Shown: positions 9,408 through 18,733 of the stretch, piece by piece | How the letters are laid out: each line of letters starts with the position of its first letter | How positions within the stretch are numbered: the first letter of the stretch is position 1 | Assembly (NCBI GenBank): GCA_963796105.1 | Contig: CAWCKJ010000007.1 | Coordinates: 32,001-96,000, forward strand | Length of the DNA stretch: 64,000 nt | Source of the DNA: a candidate division FCPU426 bacterium | GTDB taxonomy: Bacteria > Oederibacteriota > Muellerivitia > Muellerivitales > Muellerivitaceae | Direction of reading: 5' to 3' | Made by a program: the position numbers and the translations under genes | The notes under the pieces: model-generated | Told to the model about the DNA's origin: nothing | Seen by the model: the letters and a program-made list of their open reading frames with translations, nothing else | The model's database searches: none

Positions 9408-11231
9408 TTACAAGCTTTCTTTTTCCCGGTAAATTTGCGGAGATAACCCGGTTGCCCGCTTGAAAGCCTGGATGAAATAACTAGAAGAGTTGAACCCGCT
9501 TTCCTGGGCCACACGCTCGACAGAAAGAGGACTAGTCCGCAAAAGGCGCTTGGCCTCCTCCAAGCGCAGGCCCTGGAGGTATTTTGAAAAACCCAGCCCC
9601 GTCGTCCTGCGGAATCCCTTCAAAAAGGTGGGCACGCAAAGACCTGTTTGTTCCACCAAATCCTTCAATTTAACTTCCTTGGTGAAATTCCGGTCCATGA
9701 ATTGCTTTACTTCCTCCATGCGCGCCAGGCGCCTTCCCTCGGAGGGACGGTCCCCGACTTTCCCGATTTTCTCCAGACCCTCGCGGAACAGTGTGAGCAT
9801 CTCTTGGATGGTGGGAGCCTTGAGCAGACGTTCTTCCAGCGAATCGGCCAGCACGTCCAATTCCTGTTCCGAAACAAAACAGCTGCGAAGGGAATCCGTC
9901 ATGATGAAGAAGGCCTCCAGCAGGCAGAGCCGAAGGCTTTCGTTCTGCTCGTTGGAGTAAATGAGCGCCTGGCGAATGAATTCCGCCCGGGCCGCCTCCC
10001 GTTCCTGATGCGAACCTCCTCGGTAGGCCTTTCGAAGCCAGGCTAGCGCCGGGCGGAGGCCCTGGCCCTGCCGAATCGGAACTTTTTCCGCGTAATCCTC
10101 GTAAAAAATCAAGGAGCGCCCCATCGAGGAGCAAAGGTTCATGGCCATCACTGCCTGCAGACGAGATTCCACAAGCTTGACCCCGGGCGCCAGGGTGGAG
10201 CCGATGCCAACCAGAAGTTCCATGCCGGTCTTTTTCTCCAGGCGGCGGCAAATGGCCTCCACGCGATCGCGGATTTCCAACTTGGCCTGCACCTTGGTCT
10301 TCGAGGGCGACGCCGAGGTCACGAACAGCACGCCGTAATCCTCCAGTTTGCCTGCGACGGTCTCGGGAAATTCCCGGGCCACGCTTAAGGCTTCCCATTG
10401 AAGCCGGTTCGCGCAAACCATGGATTTCAATGTGGACCATTGCTCCAGAGCCGGAGCATGGTGGGTGACCGCCAGTACGGTCGTGGGGTAGCGTGTGATT
10501 CCCAGTTCCTCTTTTTCCCATTTGTGCGAGACTTCACCAACGCTCACCCTCGGATGGAACTTATCCAGTCCCAGCATGAAGTCCATCCAAATGAAATGCG
10601 GCAGGTTGTGGGAAATACAGCCTTTTCGCAACTCTTCCAGCCGTTCCGCCATTTGTTCATCCGCCCGGCCGCACAAGTAGTCCGCGAGGATTTCTAGAAG
10701 CTCTTGGCTTCCTTCCAAGGCGGGGGGAGTCAGCACAACGGTATCAAGCGCCATGCGGGCGTAATCCAGGAAATCCGGGTCCGGAGCATCAGCGCGCCGG
10801 CCGGAAAGGGAGGTCCATTGCGTGCAAATCTCGGTTTCCGTGAAGAATTTCTTCACAAAGGACCCGGTTGCCAGGAAGCCGTGAAAGGTGTCATCGGTGA
10901 CCACCGGGATAAAAATTTCGTTGAACCCGCGGTGTTTCCCTATTTGGGTTCTTCTTTCCTTCTTCAGCCGAGAGAAATACAGGTTGTTGAACTGCTCTCG
11001 GTCCTCGGTCTTCCCGAAAAGAGATTCAAAGTGAGTGGGATTATGTAGGAAATTGTGGCTGTAGAAAAGGGGTCTCCATTCGGAATAATTCCCGGCCGGG
11101 ACAAAGAAACAGTTCAGGTTCAAGTAAGTAGCGAAGAGATTGTAGATACGCATGTAGATAGTGAAATAAAGGTCTCGATTGACGCTGGGAGGAAGGAAAA
11201 TCGGTTTGGAATTCCGGCCGGTAGAGCTCAC
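9408..11231 (-). CDS. AraC-family transcriptional regulator with N-terminal PocR-like sensor domain
   Basis: C-terminal double HTH (LRLEEAKRLLRTSPLSVERVAQESGFNSSSYFIQAFKRATGLSP). N-terminal HRGFNEIFIPVV...GFLATG segment is PocR-like. Confidence 0.85.
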   Translation of the reverse strand: MSSTGRNSKPIFLPPSVNRDLYFTIYMRIYNLFATYLNLNCFFVPAGNYSEWRPLFYSHNFLHNPTHFESLFGKTEDREQFNNLYFSRLKKERRTQIGKHRGFNEIFIPVVTDDTFHGFLATGSFVKKFFTETEICTQWTSLSGRRADAPDPDFLDYARMALDTVVLTPPALEGSQELLEILADYLCGRADEQMAERLEELRKGCISHNLPHFIWMDFMLGLDKFHPRVSVGEVSHKWEKEELGITRYPTTVLAVTHHAPALEQWSTLKSMVCANRLQWEALSVAREFPETVAGKLEDYGVLFVTSASPSKTKVQAKLEIRDRVEAICRRLEKKTGMELLVGIGSTLAPGVKLVESRLQAVMAMNLCSSMGRSLIFYEDYAEKVPIRQGQGLRPALAWLRKAYRGGSHQEREAARAEFIRQALIYSNEQNESLRLCLLEAFFIMTDSLRSCFVSEQELDVLADSLEERLLKAPTIQEMLTLFREGLEKIGKVGDRPSEGRRLARMEEVKQFMDRNFTKEVKLKDLVEQTGLCVPTFLKGFRRTTGLGFSKYLQGLRLEEAKRLLRTSPLSVERVAQESGFNSSSYFIQAFKRATGLSPQIYREKESL

Positions 11232-11546
11232 ATCACCCCCGGCGCAGGCAGCAGGTTATCGTTGTTGGATTGGAAATTCCAATAGCTGGCTAATCCGACC
11301 TGCTGCAGAAAATCAGTCAAAACAAGCGGGCGGAACAGTTTTTTAACCCAAATTTCCATTCAACTTGCTCCCCAAGTTTTTACATGACTTAAAAAATTTG
11401 TAATAAAACCTTCGCGATATTAAAAGCAATTCAACAAAATCCATGCCAATTCGCCATTAATTTATATTGTTGCCATGTTCCCCTTCACAACACCGGATGC
11501 TTCTTTCGAATAAAATTCATCGTATAGGAAAAATAAAGCTTAAAAC

Positions 11547-11589
11547 CCGTTTAATAAATATTAACACAAAATTTGTTTTTTATAAATTA
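11547..11589 (+). promoter_or_regulatory. Candidate shared operator/promoter motif, copy 2 (upstream of the lipoprotein/OMP arm)
   Basis: Matches the reverse complement of 9364..9406 and lies ~100 bp upstream of ATG 11692. Confidence 0.45.
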
Positions 11590-11691
11590 TTTCATCTGTC
11601 CTTTGAGTATTATCATTGAAGTTTCGATTTTCTTCGCACAGGACCATATTTGGTTGTTCCCAAAAAGAATGATTCACTAGGAGGATGGCAA

Positions 11692-12624
11692 ATGAAGCAA
11701 TCACCTTGGATGGTCCTAGTCTTGTTTTTAATCTTGCAGTCGGTCTGGATTTCCTTTGAGGGTTGCCACAATGGGGCTTCCCCGACCATTCCTCCCATTC
11801 TTACATCCACACCCACCAAAACCCTGACTCCAACCCCCACGTTTACGTTGACCCTGACCATTACCAGCTCACACACAAACACTCCGACCGCCACTCCCAC
11901 TCCCACAACCACTAATACCAACACCCCATGGCCGACAAATGTTCCTACTTTGACTTTTACCATTACATCTACTGATACCGATACTCCAACCATTACCGAA
12001 ACCCCGACCAAAACCAACACACAGATCTATACACCGACAGTTGCCTTAACAAGCACTCCCACCAACACGTTCACTTCAGTCGCACCTGCAAACTGCACCT
12101 CCACCTCCACGCCCGCCCTCATCGATGATTTTGAGGCCAACACAAGTTCCAACACGTCCATCCTCCAGGATCAATGTCGCACAGGTTATTATTTCTGGTA
12201 CGGAAGTCCGAGTCCGAGCGTCGTTGTTGCCTCACCCGGAACAGGATTCGCTTGTACGAGTGGAACCAGCGCCAATGCCCTTCACTATACCAGTGGACCG
12301 GTGACTGGTTATGGATCCGTTTTCGCTATTGCTTCCATTTCAGGAGGAGAACCTTATGACATCAGCAGTTTCACGGGGATTCATTTCTGTGGAATGTTGG
12401 GAAGCACAATCTCAGCCATCGGGCCGGGTACCCTGGAAATTGATGATGCGAGTGGCGGCAATTGTAAGTCCACGATTCCCACTTTTACAACTTCTTGGCA
12501 ACAGATCCAAATTGCCTTTCCACTCACCGGCGCAAACCTTCACCAGGTTACGACAATACTCTGGACCGATGGAACGACCACTTCTCCAGTGGACTATTGG
12601 TTAGATAACATTTCTTTCTATTAA
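11692..12624 (+). CDS. Putative lipoprotein with long Thr/Pro-rich linker and C-terminal CBM11-like domain
   Basis: GGAGG RBS before ATG 11692. Hydrophobic leader ending FEGC, ~100-aa TPT-repeat stalk, then LIDDFE...YDISSFTGIHF...WQQIQIAF...DYWLDNISFY jelly-roll pattern. Confidence 0.7.
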   Translation: MKQSPWMVLVLFLILQSVWISFEGCHNGASPTIPPILTSTPTKTLTPTPTFTLTLTITSSHTNTPTATPTPTTTNTNTPWPTNVPTLTFTITSTDTDTPTITETPTKTNTQIYTPTVALTSTPTNTFTSVAPANCTSTSTPALIDDFEANTSSNTSILQDQCRTGYYFWYGSPSPSVVVASPGTGFACTSGTSANALHYTSGPVTGYGSVFAIASISGGEPYDISSFTGIHFCGMLGSTISAIGPGTLEIDDASGGNCKSTIPTFTTSWQQIQIAFPLTGANLHQVTTILWTDGTTTSPVDYWLDNISFY

Positions 12625-12806
12625 TAAAGTCTGATGCTTCATCGTGTATACCCAATGACGCGCCTCCAGTTGTTGAACCACCGATAAAGTCACTCTATAA
12701 ACTCAGTTAGTTGAGGTCGTCATAGGCTTGAAGTTGCTGTTGGGCCCCATGTGGACACTTTTCGTACCGATGTTTTGCCGAACCGACCATTTAAATTAAG
12801 GTGGTT

Positions 12807-13580
12807 ATGAACCAGAGAAAATATCATATCCTCTTTCCCGTTTTTTTCGCGCTAGGGTTGTTTGCCGGTTGCGGGGCGGTGCTGGTTAATAAAGGCTCAA
12901 AGGACGAACCCCTTTCAGCCGGGTTGAAAAACCCCGAAACCACCCTGCCCAAGATCATCGTGCCGGCCGAGCAAAAGCTCATCGGGAATTTCGAGGACGG
13001 CACGATCCACATGAACCCCAAACTTTACGGAACCAACGGCGCGGGCCTATGGAGCGTCAACATCTACGGCGGAAGCACCATCAACGAGGTGTTCGTGGTT
13101 CCCGGCGGGGCCAACGGCACCAAGATGGCCGCCCATATTTTCGGCAAATTGGTGAACAAGGGGGACGGAACCTATCCTTCCTTTCTCCTGGACGGCAAGT
13201 TCAAACCCAACGGTTACTACGACGCCAGCCCCTTCAACGGAATCCGTTTCTATTACAAGGCGACCTCCATCGACCAGGCCCCTTCCAGGCGCTTTACCAT
13301 CCCCATCGCACCCACTATGCCCTCCACTGCGGGAGGAACCTGCACCGGCAACTGTTACAACAATTTCGGCTGGGACCTTTCTTCCAAGGGGGATTGGACC
13401 CTCATCACCCTTCCATTCAGCAACCTCACCCGGCAGTCGGGATGGGGAAATCCCATCACGCCGCCTGAGTTCACCGAGCACTCGAATGAGATACTGGGCA
13501 TAGAGTGGTCCCATAACGCGGGCAACACCGCGGGAACTTATAACATCGATTACTGGGTGGATGAGGTCGAGTTTTTTTAA
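12807..13580 (+). CDS. Lipoprotein with CBM11-like carbohydrate-binding domain
   Basis: Lipobox LFAGC. Motifs LIGNFEDG, YDASPFNGIRFYYK, WTLITLPFSNLTRQSGWG and IDYWVDEVEFF. Confidence 0.72.
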   Translation: MNQRKYHILFPVFFALGLFAGCGAVLVNKGSKDEPLSAGLKNPETTLPKIIVPAEQKLIGNFEDGTIHMNPKLYGTNGAGLWSVNIYGGSTINEVFVVPGGANGTKMAAHIFGKLVNKGDGTYPSFLLDGKFKPNGYYDASPFNGIRFYYKATSIDQAPSRRFTIPIAPTMPSTAGGTCTGNCYNNFGWDLSSKGDWTLITLPFSNLTRQSGWGNPITPPEFTEHSNEILGIEWSHNAGNTAGTYNIDYWVDEVEFF

Positions 13581-13652
13581 TAAAAATTTCGGAAGACAAG
13601 TTCCGGGTATTGAAAAGTTGAAACTGGTTTAATTTGTTGATGCGAGGTTATT

Positions 13653-16487
13653 TTGATTCTTAGATTCAAGACAACATTCAAGGGCTTCCTTTTCTTAGCC
13701 CTTCTATATATAGGCCCTCTGGCTGCAGGCCTTTGGGCGAATCCTTCGTATAATGTGACTTCCGACGAACCCCTTTACCAGCGCGTGAAGGCGTTGGAAG
13801 CCTTCGGCCTTTTGGATCCCCAAGACCAGGCAGTCCTCGACCAGGGCCGGGTGGTGACGAAACTGGAGTTGGATTTCTTCACGGAAAAGGCCAAGACCAA
13901 CTACCAGGCTTCCCAAGGGTTGCAGGTCGCCCTGGCGTCCCAGGCCGCGTCCACTTCCTCCTCTAAAACTACTCCGGCTCCAACGGCGGTAATGGCGACA
14001 ACACCGGCCACGGATCCGAATTTTGTGCAAGGTTTCTCTCTTTACCAGCAAAAGCATTACGCCCAAGCCGTTCCCAAATTCCAGGCTGTCATCCAGCAAA
14101 ACCCGAATAACGCGATGGCCTACTATTACTTGGGTTATTGCCAGGTCATGGCGGGGAACACAAAGGAAGGCGCGGTGGCTTTGACCCTGTTCCTTCAGAA
14201 ACAACCCAATCCTTCCATCCAGGATTACCTCACACGAGTGAAGGCCAAGCTGATGCCAGCGGACCAGCAATGGGTTGACGCGCAAACGGCCGCCACATCG
14301 AATCCAACTCAACCCGCCAACGCCGATCTCGAGCGGGAAATCAACGCACTCCTCAAGATCCTCGATGAGGAATCGGATTATCTCAAGACGAGAATGGCCT
14401 TGGACGATTATCGTTTGAAAGAACAGGAAAAGGAACTGGAGGCCCTCCAATCGACGCAGGATGACGTCAACTCGGTCTTCCGGAAGTCCAACAAGTCCTC
14501 CGGCTCCCCCCATTTCACCTATACGGCGGACAACCGGACGGAAAACCTTCACCTGTCGGGCATTACCGTGGTGGGCGCTACCCATAGCTATTACGAGTTC
14601 ACCTTGGGAGTCTGGAGCGACTTGGGAGGGGAAGGCGCATTTACCATGAATATCAACGGAAGCATCCCGGATTGGAACTCTTCCTCGGCCCCGGTCTCCT
14701 TTTCCGTAAATTCCTCGTCCTTGAATTTCAATGTGGACGGAATGCTGGGACACTGGAACAACACTGTGGCGGTGGAAGCCTACTCCTTCGACACGGATTT
14801 GGGGGATTTCACCAGGAGCGCTGGCACGAATTCCCTGCGTTTCGAGGACCCCTTCGACATCAAGAGGTATTCGGGCGACAAGAACCAAAAATGCTGGGAC
14901 GATTACATGACAAACCTGGGGTTCGTCCCCAGTACGGCCTCCTGGACCAATCAGAACCAGAGTATGGAGGTTTTCGACGGCCTCTACATGGTTGGAACCA
15001 AATTGCCCCTGGTCAGTAAGGACGCGAAACTGAACCTGCTCGTCGGCCGGACGGACGGTGATCCCCACCGATGGGAAGAAGGGCTCAGGTACAGCCAGCC
15101 CTGGGCCAACGGCTTGTTGCAGACTTCCCTGTCAACCGAGTGGGTGAACGAGGACGAACTGAACGCCTCGGCAACCCAGGCGAATATGGACATGAAATCC
15201 TGCGCGGGGTACTTCGGTTTAGACTTTAAGCCCGTGGTTTTGGGTTTTGAGCTTGGATACAGCCATTTATATACCGGCATATATAATTCCAGCGTTACGA
15301 GTTACGCCCCTAACGACAACATTAAACCCCTCACCTATGACGCCCCTGCCGGCCAGGCCTCCTTGAACCTTTACCCCTTGACGTTTTATTACACGGCCAT
15401 CAGCGATGAATTCTCGAATTTCCAAAGCAAGGTTGTCCTCGGAGGAATCCAGTTCTGGAAGTTCGGTTTTCCCGGCCAGCCCGTAATGGACAACAATTTC
15501 GGGTATGTGGGCCTACCGGGTGACCTTGTCAGCGACCGATACGGCTGGCGGGTCAACCTGGGATGGAAGGGGCGCCAGGAAAGCTGGACCAAGTCCCTGC
15601 CAAGTTTCCTGGATGACATAATCATCAACTTGGACGTTGCCCAGAGAACCGAGTACCAATCCATGCAGGACGAATTGGGCTATTACCCCGTGGAGGCCTA
15701 CAGCCTCATCTCGGTTTTTTATCCGGAGGACAACGGCATATTCGGAACCATGTGGTCAAACTGGGGGACGACGCATTTTGCCGGCCAAGAGTATGTAAAT
15801 AATATTGAAAGCATCCGCGGCGACGGGAATACCATCGCGCCCTACATCATCAGCTTTGGCCCCCCCGTTTCTGAGCGGGTTCCCATGATACTTCCTTATG
15901 ATGTTTCGGGCGCTAATCCGATCGTGTTTTCCTACCCTGAGACCATCAATGGTGTTCCTGTAACAGTTGGCAGCCAGCCTGCCACGGTCACCAAGACCTT
16001 CACTTCCTTGGATCACATTAAGACGTTCAATTACGTTACCCTGACCTTGAAACCTCAGATCAACAAATGGTTAAACCTGAATACGCCTTTTTACGCCGGC
16101 CTCTTCTTCACCGACAACCGGGTGTCCGGAACCACCGACAACCCTTCCTTGAAAAACGTCCCCGACCCCAACCGGCCAGGCCAAACCCTGGGGTACATTC
16201 CTAACCTGTTCGAACAAACCGTTTACGACGCAGCCTTTTTATATGGGGTTTTCAACCACGTCAACCTCCTTGCGGATTACGGGCTAGAGCTGTGGAAATC
16301 CAACTATACATATCCCAGGGTTGATTACCGGACGGATTCCGTGGGAACCGGGTTCGCTTACGACATCCCTTGGGGCGGATGTAAATGGGAATTTCGCTAT
16401 AAACATATCAATTTCCGGGACCTTTATGTCTCGGCCAACAGCTACCAAGCGGACCAGATTTATTCCTTTTTCCTCTTCCAGTTTTAA
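13653..16487 (+). CDS. Outer-membrane protein A: SLH-like + TPR + coiled coil + predicted beta-barrel
   Basis: Signal peptide; EPLYQRVKALEAFGLL...VTKLEL (SLH-like); TPR (AVPKFQAVIQQNPNNAMAYYYLG); coiled coil; aromatic beta-rich body ending in FQF. Confidence 0.6.
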   Translation: MILRFKTTFKGFLFLALLYIGPLAAGLWANPSYNVTSDEPLYQRVKALEAFGLLDPQDQAVLDQGRVVTKLELDFFTEKAKTNYQASQGLQVALASQAASTSSSKTTPAPTAVMATTPATDPNFVQGFSLYQQKHYAQAVPKFQAVIQQNPNNAMAYYYLGYCQVMAGNTKEGAVALTLFLQKQPNPSIQDYLTRVKAKLMPADQQWVDAQTAATSNPTQPANADLEREINALLKILDEESDYLKTRMALDDYRLKEQEKELEALQSTQDDVNSVFRKSNKSSGSPHFTYTADNRTENLHLSGITVVGATHSYYEFTLGVWSDLGGEGAFTMNINGSIPDWNSSSAPVSFSVNSSSLNFNVDGMLGHWNNTVAVEAYSFDTDLGDFTRSAGTNSLRFEDPFDIKRYSGDKNQKCWDDYMTNLGFVPSTASWTNQNQSMEVFDGLYMVGTKLPLVSKDAKLNLLVGRTDGDPHRWEEGLRYSQPWANGLLQTSLSTEWVNEDELNASATQANMDMKSCAGYFGLDFKPVVLGFELGYSHLYTGIYNSSVTSYAPNDNIKPLTYDAPAGQASLNLYPLTFYYTAISDEFSNFQSKVVLGGIQFWKFGFPGQPVMDNNFGYVGLPGDLVSDRYGWRVNLGWKGRQESWTKSLPSFLDDIIINLDVAQRTEYQSMQDELGYYPVEAYSLISVFYPEDNGIFGTMWSNWGTTHFAGQEYVNNIESIRGDGNTIAPYIISFGPPVSERVPMILPYDVSGANPIVFSYPETINGVPVTVGSQPATVTKTFTSLDHIKTFNYVTLTLKPQINKWLNLNTPFYAGLFFTDNRVSGTTDNPSLKNVPDPNRPGQTLGYIPNLFEQTVYDAAFLYGVFNHVNLLADYGLELWKSNYTYPRVDYRTDSVGTGFAYDIPWGGCKWEFRYKHINFRDLYVSANSYQADQIYSFFLFQF

Positions 16488-16540
16488 AGTGGAAACGCCG
16501 GGCTAGGGAGGCCCGGAAAAATTCAAGGGAAAGAAGAAAC

Positions 16541-18733
16541 GTGAAAAAAATATCCATCAATTTAATTGTAACCGCCTTTTTCACCGGATTGGCCTTTAAC
16601 GCTTGGGCCGGCCATGGGGTCTTGACCTCCACGGAACGGGATCCCTGGGTGAACCAGACCGTCCAGGATTTGGTGGACGCAGGTTTGGTTGTCCAACCCC
16701 AGAAACCCGTGGGCCAGTTGACCAACTTGGAAGTGGCCCAATTGACCCATTTAGCCGTCCAATCCTGGCTGTCCCAGGATCAGGAAGCCCTGACTTCCGC
16801 CGGAACCAGAAACCAGGGCCCCGAACCCGCGGTGAGCCGAAGCCTGCAGAAGCTGGCGGACGAGTTCCAGGATGAGCTAATAACCATGGGCCAGGACATG
16901 GCCCAACTTGAGGACAGGCTGTACGACTCCCAGCACCGAAACGAGATATTCAAAACCCTCCAGCAGGAATACCTGAAGCGAACTGGAACAAGCATGGCGG
17001 GATACGCCAGGGGTTATTTCAATACATACCGTGGTTCCGGGATCAACGCCCCTTACGGCCCGTGGGACAACAACGATATTCTGCTGGGAGACCTCATCCT
17101 GAAGAGCATCCCGGTTCCATTCCTTTTATTCAACACGGACTTGCGTGTAACCCGAACCAACGGCTTGATATACGCGGATCCGATCAATCCAACGTTCAAC
17201 CTGCGCTGGATTTCCCTCACCTACGCCAACGAGTTGGCCAATTTTACTGCCGGCGACTTTTTCCGGAGTTACACCCCCTTGACTCTCTGGAACTATGAAA
17301 TCCCGGTTTATACCCTGATCGAACCCACTTCCTATCAAAGGGTCCGCAATGACATCGAGGGAATGATATTTATGGACCATGGGCCAAATTGGCACATGCG
17401 GGGTTTTGAGGGGACCTCGGACAGGGCCGTTACCAACAGCGATGTGTTCAGTTCCTTTCACTTGCAGGCCATGGGCGGAATCTTAACGCCGGAATCACAA
17501 TATCTTTACGCTAATGATTACGCCGGAAGCGAAGCGGCCTTGGACTTGTTCGGGGACAAGCTGGAATTCAAAGGCGCCGGTTACCTTCTTTGGGTGGATA
17601 CCAACAGCGTCAATTACATTTCGGGACTAACGCCGAACGGGGAGCAATACCAGGTGGGTAGCCTCTCGGCAAAGGGAACCCTGCCCCTGGGAAAATCCGT
17701 CACGCTGTCAGCCAACGGCGAATACGCCTCTAGCTACTACCAGGATGACGCCAACCAAAACCAGAATAACCTCAAGGATTGGGCAGTCCTAGCTGGCGGT
17801 TCCTTGGATTTCGAGGGTGCCCTATTAAGCGTTAAATACTTAAGCAACGGACCTAATTTTTATTCACCCGGGGCACAAACCAACCGCTTCAGCCCCGTTC
17901 CAAGTACCGCCGGTTATTTGAACGGGAACCAAAAGCTGGATGACGGCCTTTCAGGCTACCTGGATAATTACGTCTTCCAAGGTGTCGGCCAACCTGTGTT
18001 CGCCCCCTTTGACCGTATGGCGGAGAATATCCTTCCATACGGCGACTCCACCCCAAACCGGGAGGGCCTAATCCTGGGGTTGAAAGCTGATCTTGGAAAG
18101 GGAGGATGGCTCAAGCCCCAAGCGTCCATGGCGGTCAACATGCACGAAGTGCAGCCGGATATTCTGACCGTGGTTGAACATTACTACATTCCCGCGGATA
18201 GCCAGATCAATACGATAGCCGCGAGGAAATTCGGAGGATATGAGGGGGCTCTGGTCGTGGATTTGGGCAAGGTTCTCGAAGGGGCGCCTAAAACCTGTGC
18301 CTTATCCGGCGATTACAAGCACCAGAGTGTTGACCTGGGAACAGGAGCAAACCCATTTACGTTGGACAGTTATATCGCCAGCGCGGATATCGGCCCATTC
18401 CCCCACGTACCCCTTTTTGAAGGACTGGTTCTTTCTGCGTCTTTTGAACAGGCAAAATCCAGCGGAAGCGAATTCGTTCTGAGTGAACCCGCCACAATAC
18501 TCCCGACCCTGGCGGAATACGCTTCTTACTATGACACGTCCTTGATCGGAAGTTACATTTACCAGCCGCTGGATTTCACCCGCACATCCTGGGCTTTCGG
18601 CTTCAAATGTAATTTAAGCCGAACCTTTGAATTGCACGGGGATTGGTTCATCAACAAATACACCTGGTCCGATGTCCCGGGCTATGACCGGCGTGAACAG
18701 ATTTGGAGGTTATCCACAGATGTTTCTTTCTAA
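16541..18733 (+). CDS. Outer-membrane protein B: SLH-like + coiled coil + predicted beta-barrel (OmpM-like)
   Basis: DPWVNQTVQDLVDAGLV...LTNLEVAQL; SLQKLADEFQDELITMGQDMAQLE resembles the OmpM stalk; C-terminal Phe. Confidence 0.65.
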   Translation: MKKISINLIVTAFFTGLAFNAWAGHGVLTSTERDPWVNQTVQDLVDAGLVVQPQKPVGQLTNLEVAQLTHLAVQSWLSQDQEALTSAGTRNQGPEPAVSRSLQKLADEFQDELITMGQDMAQLEDRLYDSQHRNEIFKTLQQEYLKRTGTSMAGYARGYFNTYRGSGINAPYGPWDNNDILLGDLILKSIPVPFLLFNTDLRVTRTNGLIYADPINPTFNLRWISLTYANELANFTAGDFFRSYTPLTLWNYEIPVYTLIEPTSYQRVRNDIEGMIFMDHGPNWHMRGFEGTSDRAVTNSDVFSSFHLQAMGGILTPESQYLYANDYAGSEAALDLFGDKLEFKGAGYLLWVDTNSVNYISGLTPNGEQYQVGSLSAKGTLPLGKSVTLSANGEYASSYYQDDANQNQNNLKDWAVLAGGSLDFEGALLSVKYLSNGPNFYSPGAQTNRFSPVPSTAGYLNGNQKLDDGLSGYLDNYVFQGVGQPVFAPFDRMAENILPYGDSTPNREGLILGLKADLGKGGWLKPQASMAVNMHEVQPDILTVVEHYYIPADSQINTIAARKFGGYEGALVVDLGKVLEGAPKTCALSGDYKHQSVDLGTGANPFTLDSYIASADIGPFPHVPLFEGLVLSASFEQAKSSGSEFVLSEPATILPTLAEYASYYDTSLIGSYIYQPLDFTRTSWAFGFKCNLSRTFELHGDWFINKYTWSDVPGYDRREQIWRLSTDVSF

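Noticed and set aside
11613..12020. Val/Gly-rich minus-strand ORF
   Set aside because: It is the reverse complement of the Thr/Pro linker.
2521..15068. Long antisense ORFs (2521..3930, 6431..7693, 13704..15068; likewise 28805..29953 and 44549..45700)
   Set aside because: They are opposite-strand shadows of well-supported GC-rich genes and have no recognisable motifs.
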